Positions 25,201 to 33,355 of a DNA stretch of 64,000 nt are shown here, piece after piece; position 1 is the stretch's first letter, and every line of letters starts with the position of its first letter. The DNA is from a virus: the IMG/VR virus record IMGVR_UViG_3300045988_092126. One strand, written 5' to 3'. The translations under genes and the position numbers were made by a program. Below the pieces are notes generated by a model. That model did not search any database and had not been told where the DNA came from. It worked only from the letters and a program-made list of their open reading frames with translations.

Positions 25201-27264
25201 GAGAAGACAATAACAGTAACTTACAATAAGTTTACGACAACATTTACAATCTCGGTAATTGGTATATCTGGGATAGAAGTCTCCAAAATGCCAACAAAGA
25301 CAGAATATTACACAGGTGACAGTCTCGATACGTCCGGTCTCGAAGTAATATCCAAATATACAGATGGAGCATCGAGGAAGTTGACAGATTATAGCGTATC
25401 AAAACTTGATAGTTCTTCTGCTGGCGAGAAAGAAATTTCCGTAACGTATAAAAATCATACATCCACATTCAAAGTGACTGTGTATGAACTAAAAGGAATC
25501 CGAATTTCACATTATCCAAACAAGATTTATTATAAAATCGGAGAAACGTTCGACCCATCAGGGTTAACTGTTGTGGAAGTAAGGCAGGACGGAACCGAGA
25601 AAGAAATTACAGATTATGATATTTCAGGCTTCGATAGTTTCACCGCAGGTTCTAAGACCATCACAGTTTCTTATAATGTCACAGACAACGGAGCTTCCAA
25701 ATTTGTTGGTTCTGACAGTTTTCAAATCAAAGTCACAAACGACGGGAAAAACCCATTTGATGATAGTTCAAGTGGCGGTTCTGGCGGCGGCTCTGGCGAA
25801 GTTGAAGAAGAAAAAACTGAACCAATCAATGTTACAGTACACTGGATTAATGGCGAATTTGCTGACCTTACAAATGAAAATATCGACCAGAATACGCTTA
25901 CTTTGCAGGAGTCTATTTGCTCTGAACAGTATTTCATTTTTGGCGGTTGTGTCTGCAATCAGATAACGTTTCAGGCTCACCACGACCAGTTTAACGGTAC
26001 CTCGGAAGAGTTTTATCCCTCTGGCAAAATCGAAGTTTACATCGAGAGAAAAGGAACAAAAATTAAAATTTTCACAGGTGAAATCGACAGTGCAGAGCGA
26101 AAAGCAAACTCCCTGACACGTAATTTTATCGCGTATGATTATCTGTATAAATTACGAAATACTGACATTGCTCGATGGTATAAAAACCAGACGACTGATA
26201 AGAAGAAAAAGCTGACTCAAAAGCAATTTAGAGATAAATTATTTGAGTTTTTGGGACTCGAACAAGTTAGTACAAAACTGCATTGGGACGACACTTATGT
26301 GCCCGATACGAATAACTCAAATGAGATGAACGTAGTGAATATTCTGAAAGATTTATGCTTGCAAAATGACCGCTTTGGATGGATGAATAGGGATGGTAAA
26401 TTTGAGTATTTGAAGCTTCGCCAGAACAGCTATAAATACGGGCAGACCACCGGTAATCAGAACATTTATAAATACTACAACAATGAGGAAGTGCATCTTG
26501 ATACATTCAAAAGTTTTACCGCAAAAGAGGGTAGAATTTGGTTCCCGAATGTTATATTTTGTGACCCCGACCCGAATAGAGCCTTTGGATTTATACAAGG
26601 TGACTACACAGCGCAGGAAGCATATGATAACAATGTTTATTACAACAGAAATAGTTTCTTTGTCGGGAATGAAGATTGGCTGAATTACGTTTGGGATGCC
26701 AACGAATACGGCGGTATTTCAAGAGCTGAGCCGATTATGAAAATTTGCTATGGCGTGTTCGTAAATCAAGATTTGCGGAAATATTATCGTGCGCAGGGAT
26801 ATACCGCCGAGGTTCAGGGAAACCCACTGAACATGGTTGGACAGGCAGTCGAACTTTACTATAAAAAGCAGATTCAGCACGACGATCAGGAGCCTACAGA
26901 ACTGCAATGGTACGTCCATTCATACATCATGAGCAGGACGCTCAAAATCGGCGCTACAGACATGATTGACACCTATTCTGCCAACAATGCACCGTTTAAT
27001 AGTAATAGTCAGCAGTTAGGAAAATACACTCCTGAGATATCCGCAACCGTAAACCGCACCCGATCAGAAATGCCAGTAGTGAGCTATGGATTCTCAGACG
27101 GTACGAGCGATTTTACCCCGGCTGCTGTTTCTACTTCTGGAGGCACTATAAAAAAGACGGCATTACGTTGCATGAAGCGCATCAAAAAAGACGATTACGA
27201 TAACCTTCCCGCAGCAGCTCGTACTAGGGGCGATACTATTTTCATGACATATAAGGAGAACTAA
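22252..27264 (+). CDS. giant tail-tip protein: duplicated N-terminal domain, 8 Big_3-type Ig-like repeats, BspA-type LRRs, Gly linker, Tal-like C-terminal region
   Basis: Start at ATG 22252 (GGGAGGA RBS). Ig-like repeats follow the pattern P.KT.Y..GE.....GL.V...Y.DG....IT.Y......S.G.K.ITV.Y; four tandem copies lie at about 24820-25735. LRRs at about 23630-23900 (VSLPSTLKTIGQSCFSGCSLITTLLLPEGLETLQDGCFYNCSGLTELTLPSSLKEI). Linker SSSGGSGGGSG at about 25765-25800. Confidence 0.75.
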   Translation: MATYTFESLLNKADGMTKVNEYVVQEKTLEIEGASWYHYAGNAVNKLYINGKGYIGFGADVEHLKMFWAKAANNINDVYRQEGVLDTGAKFLKLKLKGIYNHYYDKYAYEYEVFLFDDGNIFVYIIKSAKNEYNTLFGDCEVTNGKTTDIVLAEYHSDFKKYPISRLISNAGIKPKVIRSKYTPIKEAGVRIKTNPAAVYVPNALDWSELSVESYDSSGNTNAVSNFTFPDVDVSTVGTKTVKLSYKTYSVPVEITVKEDTVLELTKFNLRDHYLLNETLEIYSVTAVWDSGKNETLTSGFDVSGFDSATPGTKELTISYKGAATTKSIYVAATAALTIDGAKTEYYIGDDFESANGIITYDDGEEESVYELIYSGFDNTIAGEQVITATVRGLSTTYTVHVSDTVTANIGANVETDAIASLNLITGLLTVSGTGDTKDIDTPSYFGGGIFDGKGDHSSQVKKIVVQEGITGLIGACFYGMSNVTEVSLPSTLKTIGQSCFSGCSLITTLLLPEGLETLQDGCFYNCSGLTELTLPSSLKEITGTIIDNKNAVLTILSRTVLIGEYSIYVKTIRGYIGSTAETYANSNNIPFEAINNILKIEIVNYPSKTYHVGETISKADLTVQMTLEDGTVQETDLYELSYDFSSTGTKTVTVFIGDKSDTFNVDVTTYKLSEVVNTLTGMQLIENSGRDEGTDILDGVSWFRFNNVITDKLYVNGNNWIGFGVSSEQLKICNRDGATHNIYRMETELDGGIKLLKIRVEGYTYFAASEAHESQIKYELFLFDNGDMYLNVIQSPIDTSIYAGISSLTSNGKTTNLSLNGATPESPVQVSFIHQDESGLDWNISYRPYSLATLVGIKVAQLPDKTRYMVNETFKSSGLIVNVVYDDGSSGVIKKYALSSPDMTSYGSKSITVTFESFTTTFDIMVVDVTGIEITSLPTKTRYYEDDEFLASGIIVSQVYTDGIKEEITGYSLSSPDMSSGGEKTITVTYNKFTTTFTISVIGISGIEVSKMPTKTEYYTGDSLDTSGLEVISKYTDGASRKLTDYSVSKLDSSSAGEKEISVTYKNHTSTFKVTVYELKGIRISHYPNKIYYKIGETFDPSGLTVVEVRQDGTEKEITDYDISGFDSFTAGSKTITVSYNVTDNGASKFVGSDSFQIKVTNDGKNPFDDSSSGGSGGGSGEVEEEKTEPINVTVHWINGEFADLTNENIDQNTLTLQESICSEQYFIFGGCVCNQITFQAHHDQFNGTSEEFYPSGKIEVYIERKGTKIKIFTGEIDSAERKANSLTRNFIAYDYLYKLRNTDIARWYKNQTTDKKKKLTQKQFRDKLFEFLGLEQVSTKLHWDDTYVPDTNNSNEMNVVNILKDLCLQNDRFGWMNRDGKFEYLKLRQNSYKYGQTTGNQNIYKYYNNEEVHLDTFKSFTAKEGRIWFPNVIFCDPDPNRAFGFIQGDYTAQEAYDNNVYYNRNSFFVGNEDWLNYVWDANEYGGISRAEPIMKICYGVFVNQDLRKYYRAQGYTAEVQGNPLNMVGQAVELYYKKQIQHDDQEPTELQWYVHSYIMSRTLKIGATDMIDTYSANNAPFNSNSQQLGKYTPEISATVNRTRSEMPVVSYGFSDGTSDFTPAAVSTSGGTIKKTALRCMKRIKKDDYDNLPAAARTRGDTIFMTYKEN

Positions 27265-27969
27265 ATGGCAATAGAGTATAAAGCTTTTTCCGGCGGAAAA
27301 GAAATAGATGGTTTCTATTCCGGTGGAAAAGAGATACAGGAAATATGGGGCGGCGACACACTTTTGTGGAGAAAGAAAGAAGAGGTAGTTGAAGAAGATC
27401 AGTGGTGGGGAGAATATGACCTGTACGCCCGATTTAAAAACCCTGCACCGTACAAGAGAGCAGAAGTTTGTTTCTCGGTACAATCTAAATATGGAGTTCA
27501 ATATGCTAATTTAGCATATGGATTTTGTGTGCGGGTGGTAAACGGAATATATATGGTTACAGCGGCGGCTGTGGACAATTCCAAGCTGGAAGGGAGATAT
27601 TACAATGGTGATACATCAATGGTTCCAACATGGAGACTTACAACAGATACTGGCGATACGGAATTCGCGTATTCTGATTCTGCAAATTGGGATGACATCT
27701 TAAAAAAATACAGCCTTTATAATACCAATCCGGAAAACGTACCGTTTTACTCATGGGGCGGGGCATTTGAAGAGAAACCGTTTTGGTTTAAGGATAGTGA
27801 CAAACAGGCAGGGGTGCTTGATGTAACTCCTCCTAAAATAGCGGGCAGTGATGAACCAGAAGGTAAATATTATTATTATCCATCCAGACTTTTCAGCAGC
27901 GTGGGTGCTATGAAAAGATGGCTACTTGACATGTATAATAATCCGGATAAATGGTGGACAGACAAATAG
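27265..27969 (+). CDS. hypothetical tail-associated protein
   Basis: 234 aa. The ATG abuts the stop of the giant tail gene. Trp/Tyr-rich. Confidence 0.4.
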   Translation: MAIEYKAFSGGKEIDGFYSGGKEIQEIWGGDTLLWRKKEEVVEEDQWWGEYDLYARFKNPAPYKRAEVCFSVQSKYGVQYANLAYGFCVRVVNGIYMVTAAAVDNSKLEGRYYNGDTSMVPTWRLTTDTGDTEFAYSDSANWDDILKKYSLYNTNPENVPFYSWGGAFEEKPFWFKDSDKQAGVLDVTPPKIAGSDEPEGKYYYYPSRLFSSVGAMKRWLLDMYNNPDKWWTDK

Positions 27970-28050
27970 TTATGTATAAGGAGGAGGATAAATATGATGA
28001 ATTCGAGTAGAACCATAATAGGCTCTTTTTGCTTATTTCAACATTAATTT

Positions 28051-28140
28051 CGCCAAATAAGAACCCCAAAAACCGCAAATAAGAGCGCATTTTCCATAAA
28101 AACCGAAATAAGTCCTTATTTTCCCAAAAACCATCAAAAT
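28051..28140. repeat. three to four copies of AAAAACC(G)-AAATAAG-like motif at about 30-bp spacing
   Basis: cgccaaataag (28051), aaaaaccgcaaataag (28068), aaaaaccgaaataag (28098), aaaaaccatcaaaat (28126). Confidence 0.5.
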
Positions 28141-28307
28141 CCAAGCCCTGACCGTACTAAAATGTAACTATATTAAAAATAAAAAATGAATAATTTGTAA
28201 ACGTAAATTTTGCTTGTTTTCAGAATAAATCAATTATCTAAGAAAATAATAAAATCCAGAAATAAATATTCTGTCAATGGGCAATTTTCGTTTACATAAT
28301 ATCTCAA

Positions 28308-28380
28308 TGTAACGTTACAATAACGTTACCAGTAACGCAATGTAACGCAATAGAATAAGAATAAGAAATAGAATAAGAAT
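28308..28380. repeat. phased 10-11 bp repeat array
   Basis: TGTAACGTTACA palindrome (28308-28319). AACGTTAC at 28311 and 28322. GTAACGCAA at 28332 and 28342. Then agaataaga / ataagaaat / agaataaga. Confidence 0.6.
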
Positions 28381-28384
28381 ATAA

Positions 28385-28434
28385 TTAATATATATACGAG
28401 ATATATATTAATCGTCAAATAAGCTTTATTTGAC
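28385..28434. repeat. two adjacent inverted repeats
   Basis: TTAATATATAT-acgag-ATATATATTAA (28385-28411) and GTCAAATAA-gct-TTATTTGAC (28414-28434). Confidence 0.7.
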
Positions 28435-28613
28435 CCTGATATTCTTAATTCATTTCAGCCCAAAATGAACCATTTTTATTAACGACCTCGTATTTGACTC
28501 ATATGACGATTTTACTTGTAATTCGATAAAATCCTCGAATGATATATAAAAATTGATTCTAGGAGCAGATACGGAGCCTACAAGGTATATTTAACAGAAA
28601 GGAGCAACGCGAT

Positions 28614-30005
28614 ATGACAAACGAACAGAAAACAGTTCTCAGGAAGATTATTTACGCAGTCGAAACCGGCGGACAGGTTTACGGACAGCAGGATTATTCG
28701 GACTTCACGGAAGCCTACACTAATTCTTCTGAAGAACACGCAATTACAATCGGTGCCGGACAGTGGTACGCAGGAGAAGCAAAAGAACTGTTATACCGGA
28801 TTCAGAGAGCAAACCCGAAGCTATTCAAAGACATGGATAATGCAGGTATGGAAAAAGACCTGCTGATGAAGAGCTGGGATACATACGCCGTAACAGCGGA
28901 ATCTGCGAAAGGACAGTGCATTGTAAGTATCATCAGCACTGACCTCGGGAAGAAATGCCAGGACGAGTATATGGAAGACCAGATACGAACATACACCCCG
29001 ACTATCGAAAAAGCCTACGGAACCATGCCAGACACCGCAATGATGGAATGCATCAATATTCTACATCAGGGTGGTTTTGATGCACTGAAGAGGATCTTGT
29101 CTAAAACTCCGGAACCATATACCGCAGATAAGATTTACACAACACTGCGTCAGGATCCTGCAGACCCGACACCGAACCAGGTTGGTGACTATGAAGGCAG
29201 ACAGAAAGCGGTAATCAACATGATTCGGAAGTATGCTGTGACTGCGGAAAGAAAGGAAGATACGACAATGACAAAAACAGAAAAAGCAATCAAACAAATG
29301 GAATCATGGGCACAGGACAGCTCTCATGGGTACGATCAGGATTATCGCTGGGGAGAAAAAGGAGATTTTGACTGTTCTTCAGCGGTGATTCAGGCGTGGC
29401 AGAACGCCGGAGTTCCGGTCAAAGCAAAAGGAGCCACCTATACTGGTGATATGAGAACTGTATTTCTTTCATGCGGGTTCAAAGACGTGACCAGCAAAGT
29501 TAATCGTTCAACTGGTTCTGGACTTTTAAGAGGAGATGTGCTACTTAATGAAACACACCATGTCGCAATGTACTGTGGAAATGGAAAAGAAGTAGAAGCC
29601 AGTATCAACGAAAAAGGTACTGCTCATGGCGGACAGCCGGGAGACCAGACAGGAAAAGAGTTCCTGATTAGAAGCTACAGAAATTACCCGTGGGATTGCG
29701 TTTTGCGATATTCCGAAAGCAGCGCAGCAGACAATGCAGTTGTCAAAAAACAGAACACCAGAGCCTACATTGCACAGATTAAAAAAGACACAAAATGTTA
29801 TACAAAATCAAACAAAAATAGCCCATCTAAACTGTTTCCAAAGCTGAAAAAAGGCGCAGTTGTAGAGGTGATGAAGTACACAGAAACAGACGATTCCGGG
29901 CTGAAATGGTACTTCATTCGCATCCCTTATCCGAATGACGACGGGTTCGTTTTTGAATTTATTCCAAAAGGAACATTCACCAGAATTACAAAAATGGCCA
30001 AATGA
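28614..30005 (+). CDS. endolysin: N-terminal domain of unclear type, NlpC/P60-like cysteine peptidase, C-terminal SH3-like binding domain
   Basis: 463 aa with AAGGAG RBS. Central GDFDCSSAVIQAWQNAG...THHVAMYCGNGKEVEASINEKG..GGQPGDQTGKE is the conserved phage NlpC/P60-type motif set. C-terminus VVEVMKYTETDDSGLKWYFIRIP. Confidence 0.8.
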   Translation: MTNEQKTVLRKIIYAVETGGQVYGQQDYSDFTEAYTNSSEEHAITIGAGQWYAGEAKELLYRIQRANPKLFKDMDNAGMEKDLLMKSWDTYAVTAESAKGQCIVSIISTDLGKKCQDEYMEDQIRTYTPTIEKAYGTMPDTAMMECINILHQGGFDALKRILSKTPEPYTADKIYTTLRQDPADPTPNQVGDYEGRQKAVINMIRKYAVTAERKEDTTMTKTEKAIKQMESWAQDSSHGYDQDYRWGEKGDFDCSSAVIQAWQNAGVPVKAKGATYTGDMRTVFLSCGFKDVTSKVNRSTGSGLLRGDVLLNETHHVAMYCGNGKEVEASINEKGTAHGGQPGDQTGKEFLIRSYRNYPWDCVLRYSESSAADNAVVKKQNTRAYIAQIKKDTKCYTKSNKNSPSKLFPKLKKGAVVEVMKYTETDDSGLKWYFIRIPYPNDDGFVFEFIPKGTFTRITKMAK

Positions 30006-30073
30006 CACTTGTAGCATATCGTGTAGAGTGCTATAATAAATACGTTCCATACATTATTCACCTTTAGCATACA

Positions 30074-30115
30074 AAAACCGCCAGATCGTTAATCCCCTGT
30101 GGGTCTGGCGGTTTT
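30074..30115. terminator. bidirectional intrinsic terminator between the convergent endolysin and response-regulator genes
   Basis: AAAACCGCCAGA...TCTGGCGGTTTT, a 12-bp stem with A/T tracts on both sides. Confidence 0.75.
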
Positions 30116-30117
30116 GC

Positions 30118-30819
30118 TTATCTCATTATGTAATTTTCATATTTTTCTTTGATTTCCTTTGCTCCATTTTGCCTTATTCGAACAATGTCCCCGGAATCCA
30201 TGACGAAATTATCACCCGCCGACTGAATGTGATCCATGTTTACCAGATAGCTCTGATGGCAGCGCAAGAATCGCTTATCAGACAGCTTTTCTTCCAGATC
30301 GTTCAGCTTGCAAGCGGTCACGAAACATCGGTTATTTATAGCGAAAATGTGGCAGACTCTCGCCTGACTCTCGACGTACTCGATTTCATCGTATTTGAGC
30401 CGGTTAATCTGTCCGCGGAATTTGAACGTCAATGTTTCATCCTTCATCTGTGACAGAATCTCGTCAATAGCCCGGTATATTCTGCCGTATTCCTTGCCCT
30501 TGACTACATACTGCATAGCGCCGACATCGAATGCCTCTTGTAGATGAGAATCGTCGGCTGTCCAGAATATAATCTTTCCATCATATCCAATATCCCGGAG
30601 CTGGTTTGCAATTTCCAGACCGTTCTCCTTTTCCAGAACCATATCCAGTACAATTACATCGTACCATTTACCCTCTTTCACATCTTCAACAAGCGGATAG
30701 CCCGCCGAATATTCGCTAATTTCATACCGGTAATCTCCTTTGCGCCGCAAGAATCCCGATATGTGCTCTTTGAACAAGTCAACTTCAAGCTGATTATCGT
30801 CACATATGGCTATTCTCAT
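30118..30819 (-). CDS. LytTR/AgrA-family response regulator (orphan)
   Basis: Start at the ATG on the minus strand at 30819 (AAGGAGG RBS). Receiver domain MRIAICDDN...VIVLDMVLEKENGLE. C-terminal LytTR domain ...IEYVESQARVCHIFAINN...FLRCHQSYLVNMDHI. No kinase gene nearby. Confidence 0.85.
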   Translation of the reverse strand: MRIAICDDNQLEVDLFKEHISGFLRRKGDYRYEISEYSAGYPLVEDVKEGKWYDVIVLDMVLEKENGLEIANQLRDIGYDGKIIFWTADDSHLQEAFDVGAMQYVVKGKEYGRIYRAIDEILSQMKDETLTFKFRGQINRLKYDEIEYVESQARVCHIFAINNRCFVTACKLNDLEEKLSDKRFLRCHQSYLVNMDHIQSAGDNFVMDSGDIVRIRQNGAKEIKEKYENYIMR

Positions 30820-31040
30820 ATGCGCGCCCTCCTTTCGTAGTCTCAATTTTGTCAAAATACGCAATGATTTTGACAGTACACACATTTTTCTTCCTGTTTG
30901 TGGTATTATTGTCCCACAAACAAAGTGTAGCACTTAAAATTGTTAGTGTAAAGCATTAAAGTTTGACAAAATTCGCAAAATATGGTTTCTGTGTCCGAAA
31001 GGATGTGTGAATAAAGAAACTGCCTGTAAGAACGACAGGC

Positions 31041-31068
31041 AAAGAGAAAGAGGGGCAACCGCCCCTCT
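31041..31068 (-). terminator. intrinsic terminator of the secreted-protein gene
   Basis: AGAGGGGC-ggtt-GCCCCTCT followed by TTCTCTTT when read on the minus strand. Confidence 0.6.
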
Positions 31069-31071
31069 TGT

Positions 31072-31875
31072 TTATTTCGCTAAATACAAAACTGAAACAG
31101 TATCTATTTTTACGCACATTCCATTCTCTAACGGTAGATTACCAATTTCACTGGAATATAAAGAATTAATGCTTTCTAAGTCAGAACCAAGACTTTCTTT
31201 ATATTTTTTTGAAGCGACATGGTATTCTTCTGAATGTTCGTAATCATCATTCTTATAATCATCGTAGCTGTCATATACGCTGATAATTCCTGCTCCGTCG
31301 GTTATTGAAAAGGTGTACTTTCCGGCAGGAATATCTTCGCCAATAATATAAACACCTGGATTTAGCCTGCCGACATCATCAAGAGAATCGCTTGATTTAG
31401 AATCAGATTCGCTGCTTTCCTGAATATCTTCCAAAACACCTTTTTTTAATATTTGACCATCGGAAATTCTGTCTTCATAGATGGCAGTACCCCATGCAGC
31501 CCATGAACGAGAATCATTTGTTAAATCGTTAATGGACGTGGCAATAACTCCGTTATATCCGACTTTTAAGGCATCCTCAATCACATAATCATAATCGTAC
31601 CAATTCTGACTAGGAAAACTATTGAGTATGTTCGAGACGTTATCGCAAAAAGTGCTGGTATCTCCATTGCCCTCGTTTTCGTTTTGAACAACCATTAAGT
31701 GTAAAACCTTAGAAGTTTCATCCAAGACGCATTCAGAAGCTTCGACGTGCCCGCCATTGCCATTGATCGGAGCAAATGCGGCGTTTACATCATCTATACT
31801 GCCTGCACTCACACTGACAGGAAAGGCGCTCAAAGTAACAGCACAAGTTAAAAGTAAACAAATTATATTTTTCAT
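31072..31875 (-). CDS. secreted protein, unknown function
   Basis: 267 aa with an N-terminal signal peptide MKNIICLLLTCAVTLSAFPVSVSA/GS. Acidic, Ser/Asp-rich linker. Confidence 0.6.
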   Translation of the reverse strand: MKNIICLLLTCAVTLSAFPVSVSAGSIDDVNAAFAPINGNGGHVEASECVLDETSKVLHLMVVQNENEGNGDTSTFCDNVSNILNSFPSQNWYDYDYVIEDALKVGYNGVIATSINDLTNDSRSWAAWGTAIYEDRISDGQILKKGVLEDIQESSESDSKSSDSLDDVGRLNPGVYIIGEDIPAGKYTFSITDGAGIISVYDSYDDYKNDDYEHSEEYHVASKKYKESLGSDLESINSLYSSEIGNLPLENGMCVKIDTVSVLYLAK

Positions 31876-31888
31876 AGCAACCTCTTTT

Positions 31889-32140
31889 CTAAGAAATAAA
31901 ACTCATATACTGTGTGGTAATAAAAATCACCTCAATGATTCCTACTATAACACCAAACCATGCCCCTAAATGCCTGTATTCTTTTTTCTTTGTACCAATA
32001 TCAACAAGTCCTACGATTGCCCCTGCCAAAGCTAACGGAAACGACAAGATGATTGGCAACGGAAGAATGAACGCTACGCCTGCCAGAATGCAAGAAATCA
32101 CACTTAGGGTAGAATCCTTTTTCTTTTCTCTATTGCCCAT
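31889..32140 (-). CDS. small integral membrane protein
   Basis: 83 aa with two or three hydrophobic helices (VISCILAGVAFILPLPIILSFPLALAGAIVGLV; WFGVIVGIIEVIFI). Co-oriented with the secreted-protein gene. Confidence 0.5.
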   Translation of the reverse strand: MGNREKKKDSTLSVISCILAGVAFILPLPIILSFPLALAGAIVGLVDIGTKKKEYRHLGAWFGVIVGIIEVIFITTQYMSFIS

Positions 32141-32321
32141 ACTATTTCCCTCCCTTGTAAAAGTTTTACAATATTATACCACCTCATACAAAGTGTGCAT
32201 AGTAAAATATCAAAAAAGTAGATTATTTTTGCAGAAAAACTCCATGATTTTGCACTTACCAGAAAAACTACACAAATTCGTGCTATAATGTGTGATATAT
32301 TTTTAGAAAGAGTTGGTAATA

Positions 32322-32648
32322 ATGGAGAAGAATAACAAATATAGGATAGTCGTACTCATCCTGATATTATGCGAAATATTCTGTGCGGTGCATATACCGT
32401 CACATGATATGGCAGAGTACCACCGCAGAGATGCGCAGATCACAAAAGAAGATGCGAAACAAATTTGGCCCGTCCAGATGCAGGAGCTGAGCGAAATCAA
32501 GGAAGTTTGCAATGTCGCATGTTATATTCGCGAAAGCACAAGTTTCTTCGAGATTGCGAAGTTTTCCTACGAAATAGCAAAAGTCCATGTGTATATTTGG
32601 CAGTTGCCACGGGGAAATATCGGTGGTATAATGATTAAAACGAACTGA
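32322..32648 (+). CDS. small N-terminally anchored protein, unknown function
   Basis: 108 aa from ATG 32322. TM segment IVVLILILCEIFCAV. Extended -10 TGCTATAAT about 35 nt upstream. Confidence 0.4.
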   Translation: MEKNNKYRIVVLILILCEIFCAVHIPSHDMAEYHRRDAQITKEDAKQIWPVQMQELSEIKEVCNVACYIRESTSFFEIAKFSYEIAKVHVYIWQLPRGNIGGIMIKTN

Positions 32649-32718
32649 TGTTCGGTTCTATTTCCCACAAGCCGGACATATACTGTTATCAGGAGACCAC
32701 TGATCGGAGGTATGCTTT

Positions 32719-32829
32719 ATGGATTATAAGAAGGAAATTATTGAGATGATACAGAAGATAGATAGCGAAAAATTTATGAAATTCTTATACAATATGATTA
32801 TTTCGTTCAAGAGCCAATGGGGATATTAG
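32719..32829 (+). CDS. small helical protein (36 aa)
   Basis: MDYKKEIIEMIQKIDSEKFMKFLYNMIISFKSQWGY with a GGAGG RBS at 32706-32710. Ends at a bidirectional terminator. Below the ORF-track cutoff. Confidence 0.3.
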   Translation: MDYKKEIIEMIQKIDSEKFMKFLYNMIISFKSQWGY

Positions 32830-32860
32830 AAAAAGCAGGGAATTAATCCCTGCCTTTTTT
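32830..32860. terminator. bidirectional intrinsic terminator
   Basis: AAAAA-GCAGGGA-attaa-TCCCTGC-CTTTTTT. Overlaps the stop of the repressor gene. Confidence 0.7.
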
Positions 32861-33196
32861 GTGAAGAAATTCAATCATGTCGAAAACGCTTTTCTTATCA
32901 GATTCGCTTAATTCAATTAGCAACTTAACATGTTCAACGACATTTGAATTTGACATCAATTTTGGAATAAAATCTGTGTCTGTTTCTAAATTTTCCTCCC
33001 ATCCCATTAAACAAGCGGGTGTCGTACTAAGTGCTTTTGCTAATACATTCATATATTCGGCAGGAACTTTATCAATATCGCCTTTTTCATATCTGAATAT
33101 AGTAGACCTTGACACTCCCAATTTTTCTGCCAACTCATCAGCGCTCATATTAAGTTGTTTTCTTCTTTCTTTTATTCGTTCGCCAGTTTCCGACAT
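32843..33196 (-). CDS. CI-like repressor (XRE-family HTH)
   Basis: 117 aa. IKERRKQLNMSADELAEKLGVSRSTIFRYEKGD is a canonical XRE HTH. Divergent from a Cro-like gene. Confidence 0.8.
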   Translation of the reverse strand: MSETGERIKERRKQLNMSADELAEKLGVSRSTIFRYEKGDIDKVPAEYMNVLAKALSTTPACLMGWEENLETDTDFIPKLMSNSNVVEHVKLLIELSESDKKSVFDMIEFLHKKGRD

Positions 33197-33236
33197 TTTT
33201 CACACCTCCTTTCTGAATACATAATAACACTAATGA

Positions 33237-33334
33237 TGCAAAAATGCAACAAAAATAATTGCAAAAATGCGATTTTATATGTTGACACATGCGACACTTT
33301 GGTGTAATATATAATCACAAAGTTGCATTAATGC
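33237..33334. promoter_or_regulatory. immunity switch: three TGCA(A/T)(A/T)AATGC operators and a rightward promoter
   Basis: Operators TGCAAAAATGCA (33237-48), TGCAAAAATGCG (33260-71) and TGCATTAATGC (33324-34). TTGACA (33282-87), 17 nt, TG-T-TAATAT (33303-10). Confidence 0.6.
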
Positions 33335-33355
33335 TACTGGAAAGGAGGAACGCGA

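Noticed and set aside
27908-28144. 78-aa minus-strand ORF spanning the start of the tail/lysin spacer.
   Set aside because: It overlaps the 3' end of 27265..27969, and its repetitive translation (FRFLW..YLRFLGFLF) simply mirrors the 30-bp-spaced DNA repeats.
28308-28380. Tandem short repeats that at first glance looked like a CRISPR-like or minisatellite array.
   Set aside because: The units are only 10-11 bp, contiguous and degenerate, with no spacers. This is consistent with a protein-binding array, not CRISPR.
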